A stretch of DNA of 64,000 nt from Octopus vulgaris (Eukaryota): NCBI GenBank assembly GCA_951406725.2, contig OX597820.1, positions 2,604,001-2,668,000 of the forward strand, read 5' to 3'. Below the pieces are notes generated by a model. The model searched no databases. It was given only the letters and a program-made list of their open reading frames with translations, and was not told the DNA's origin. Positions within the stretch are counted from its first letter, which is position 1, and every line of letters starts with the position of its first letter. Both the position numbers and the translations under genes were made by a program. This document shows, piece after piece, positions 63,153-64,000 of the stretch.

Positions 63153-63925
63153 CTAAGAAAAAAATTTTTAAAAAAACACAAAAGAATTAAAAAATAGAAT
63201 TTCTTCTTTTCTCTTCCTTCAAAATATATTCCCTACAAATGTATGCTTCCAGCCTGCTGCTACTGCTGCTGCTGCTACTACTGCTGGCTGGAACGAAATG
63301 GAAATAGAAATCCCGATTTGTTTAATTCCGGGATTCTCTGGTGGCCTCTTTCTTGCATTTTGGCATCCTTTACATACACACTATATCGCTAAAATGTGTC
63401 GCTGTTTTTTTGTCCCCTATTTCATTCAAAGAATAACAAAGAAATTTCAAGGGAAGACAAAGCACAACTATCTATCCTTGCCCACTACTGCTCAGCTATT
63501 GTTTACCTATCTGCCATGGTGAACCCATTAACCATATTATATCCCTATTCATATGGGGCTAAAAAAATAAGCAACCTTTTCTCTCTGAATTTTCTTTTGG
63601 TGATACACCCGGCTCGAGAAGACCTGCCGAAGCCAAGTGGGATTGTAGTCGTGGCTGATGCTGGTGTCACGTAACTGGCAACCATGCCAGTGGCACGTAA
63701 AAGGCACCCACTATGCTCTTGGAGTGGTTGGCATTAGGAAGGGCAACCAGCTGTAGAAACTATGCTGAATCAGATTGGAACCTGGTGCAGCTCCTCAGTT
63801 TACCAGTTTTTCAGTCAAAACGTCCAACCCATGCCAGCATGGAAAACAGACGTTAAATAACAATGATGACCAATGCCTTAAAAGTGAAGTTGGTAGATAG
63901 AAACTGTGTTGTAGCCCCTTATATA

Positions 63926-64000
63926 GTTCTATATTTAAGAGATGAGGAATTATGTACACTATTTACATTTGGCGGATATTTGCCCTCATCTTCTTTGTTA
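63926..64000 (-). mobile_element. Family A tail, cut by the window edge
   Basis: agttctatatttaagagatgaggaattatgtac, as at the start of the other copies. Confidence 0.7.

Overview
AT-rich, microsatellite- and repeat-dense animal genomic DNA. The repeat families look like those of octopus/coleoid cephalopods; this is inferred from recalled repeat motifs, not from a search. The only supported host gene is a minus-strand TTC17-like (tetratricopeptide repeat protein 17) gene. Ten GT-AG exons (63152 to 18135) splice in one frame to 424 codons, and the first exon lies beyond the right edge. No C-terminal TTC17 exons were found in the 18 kb downstream. The rest of the window is tRNA-derived SINEs, 5'-truncated RTE LINE ends with (ATG)n tails, mariner, piggyBac and hAT remnants, a HINE-like element and a decayed Penelope ORF. 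The most notable signal is a set of short, often fold-back, Penelope-type elements from at least six families carrying minimal hammerhead-ribozyme-like folds with palindromic (dimer-type) stem III. One family fuses a tRNA-derived Pol III head to the hammerhead. The families appear to show C3-G8, G3-C8 and possibly U3-A8 versions of the core tertiary pair. All folds and translations were done by eye and need computational and biochemical confirmation.
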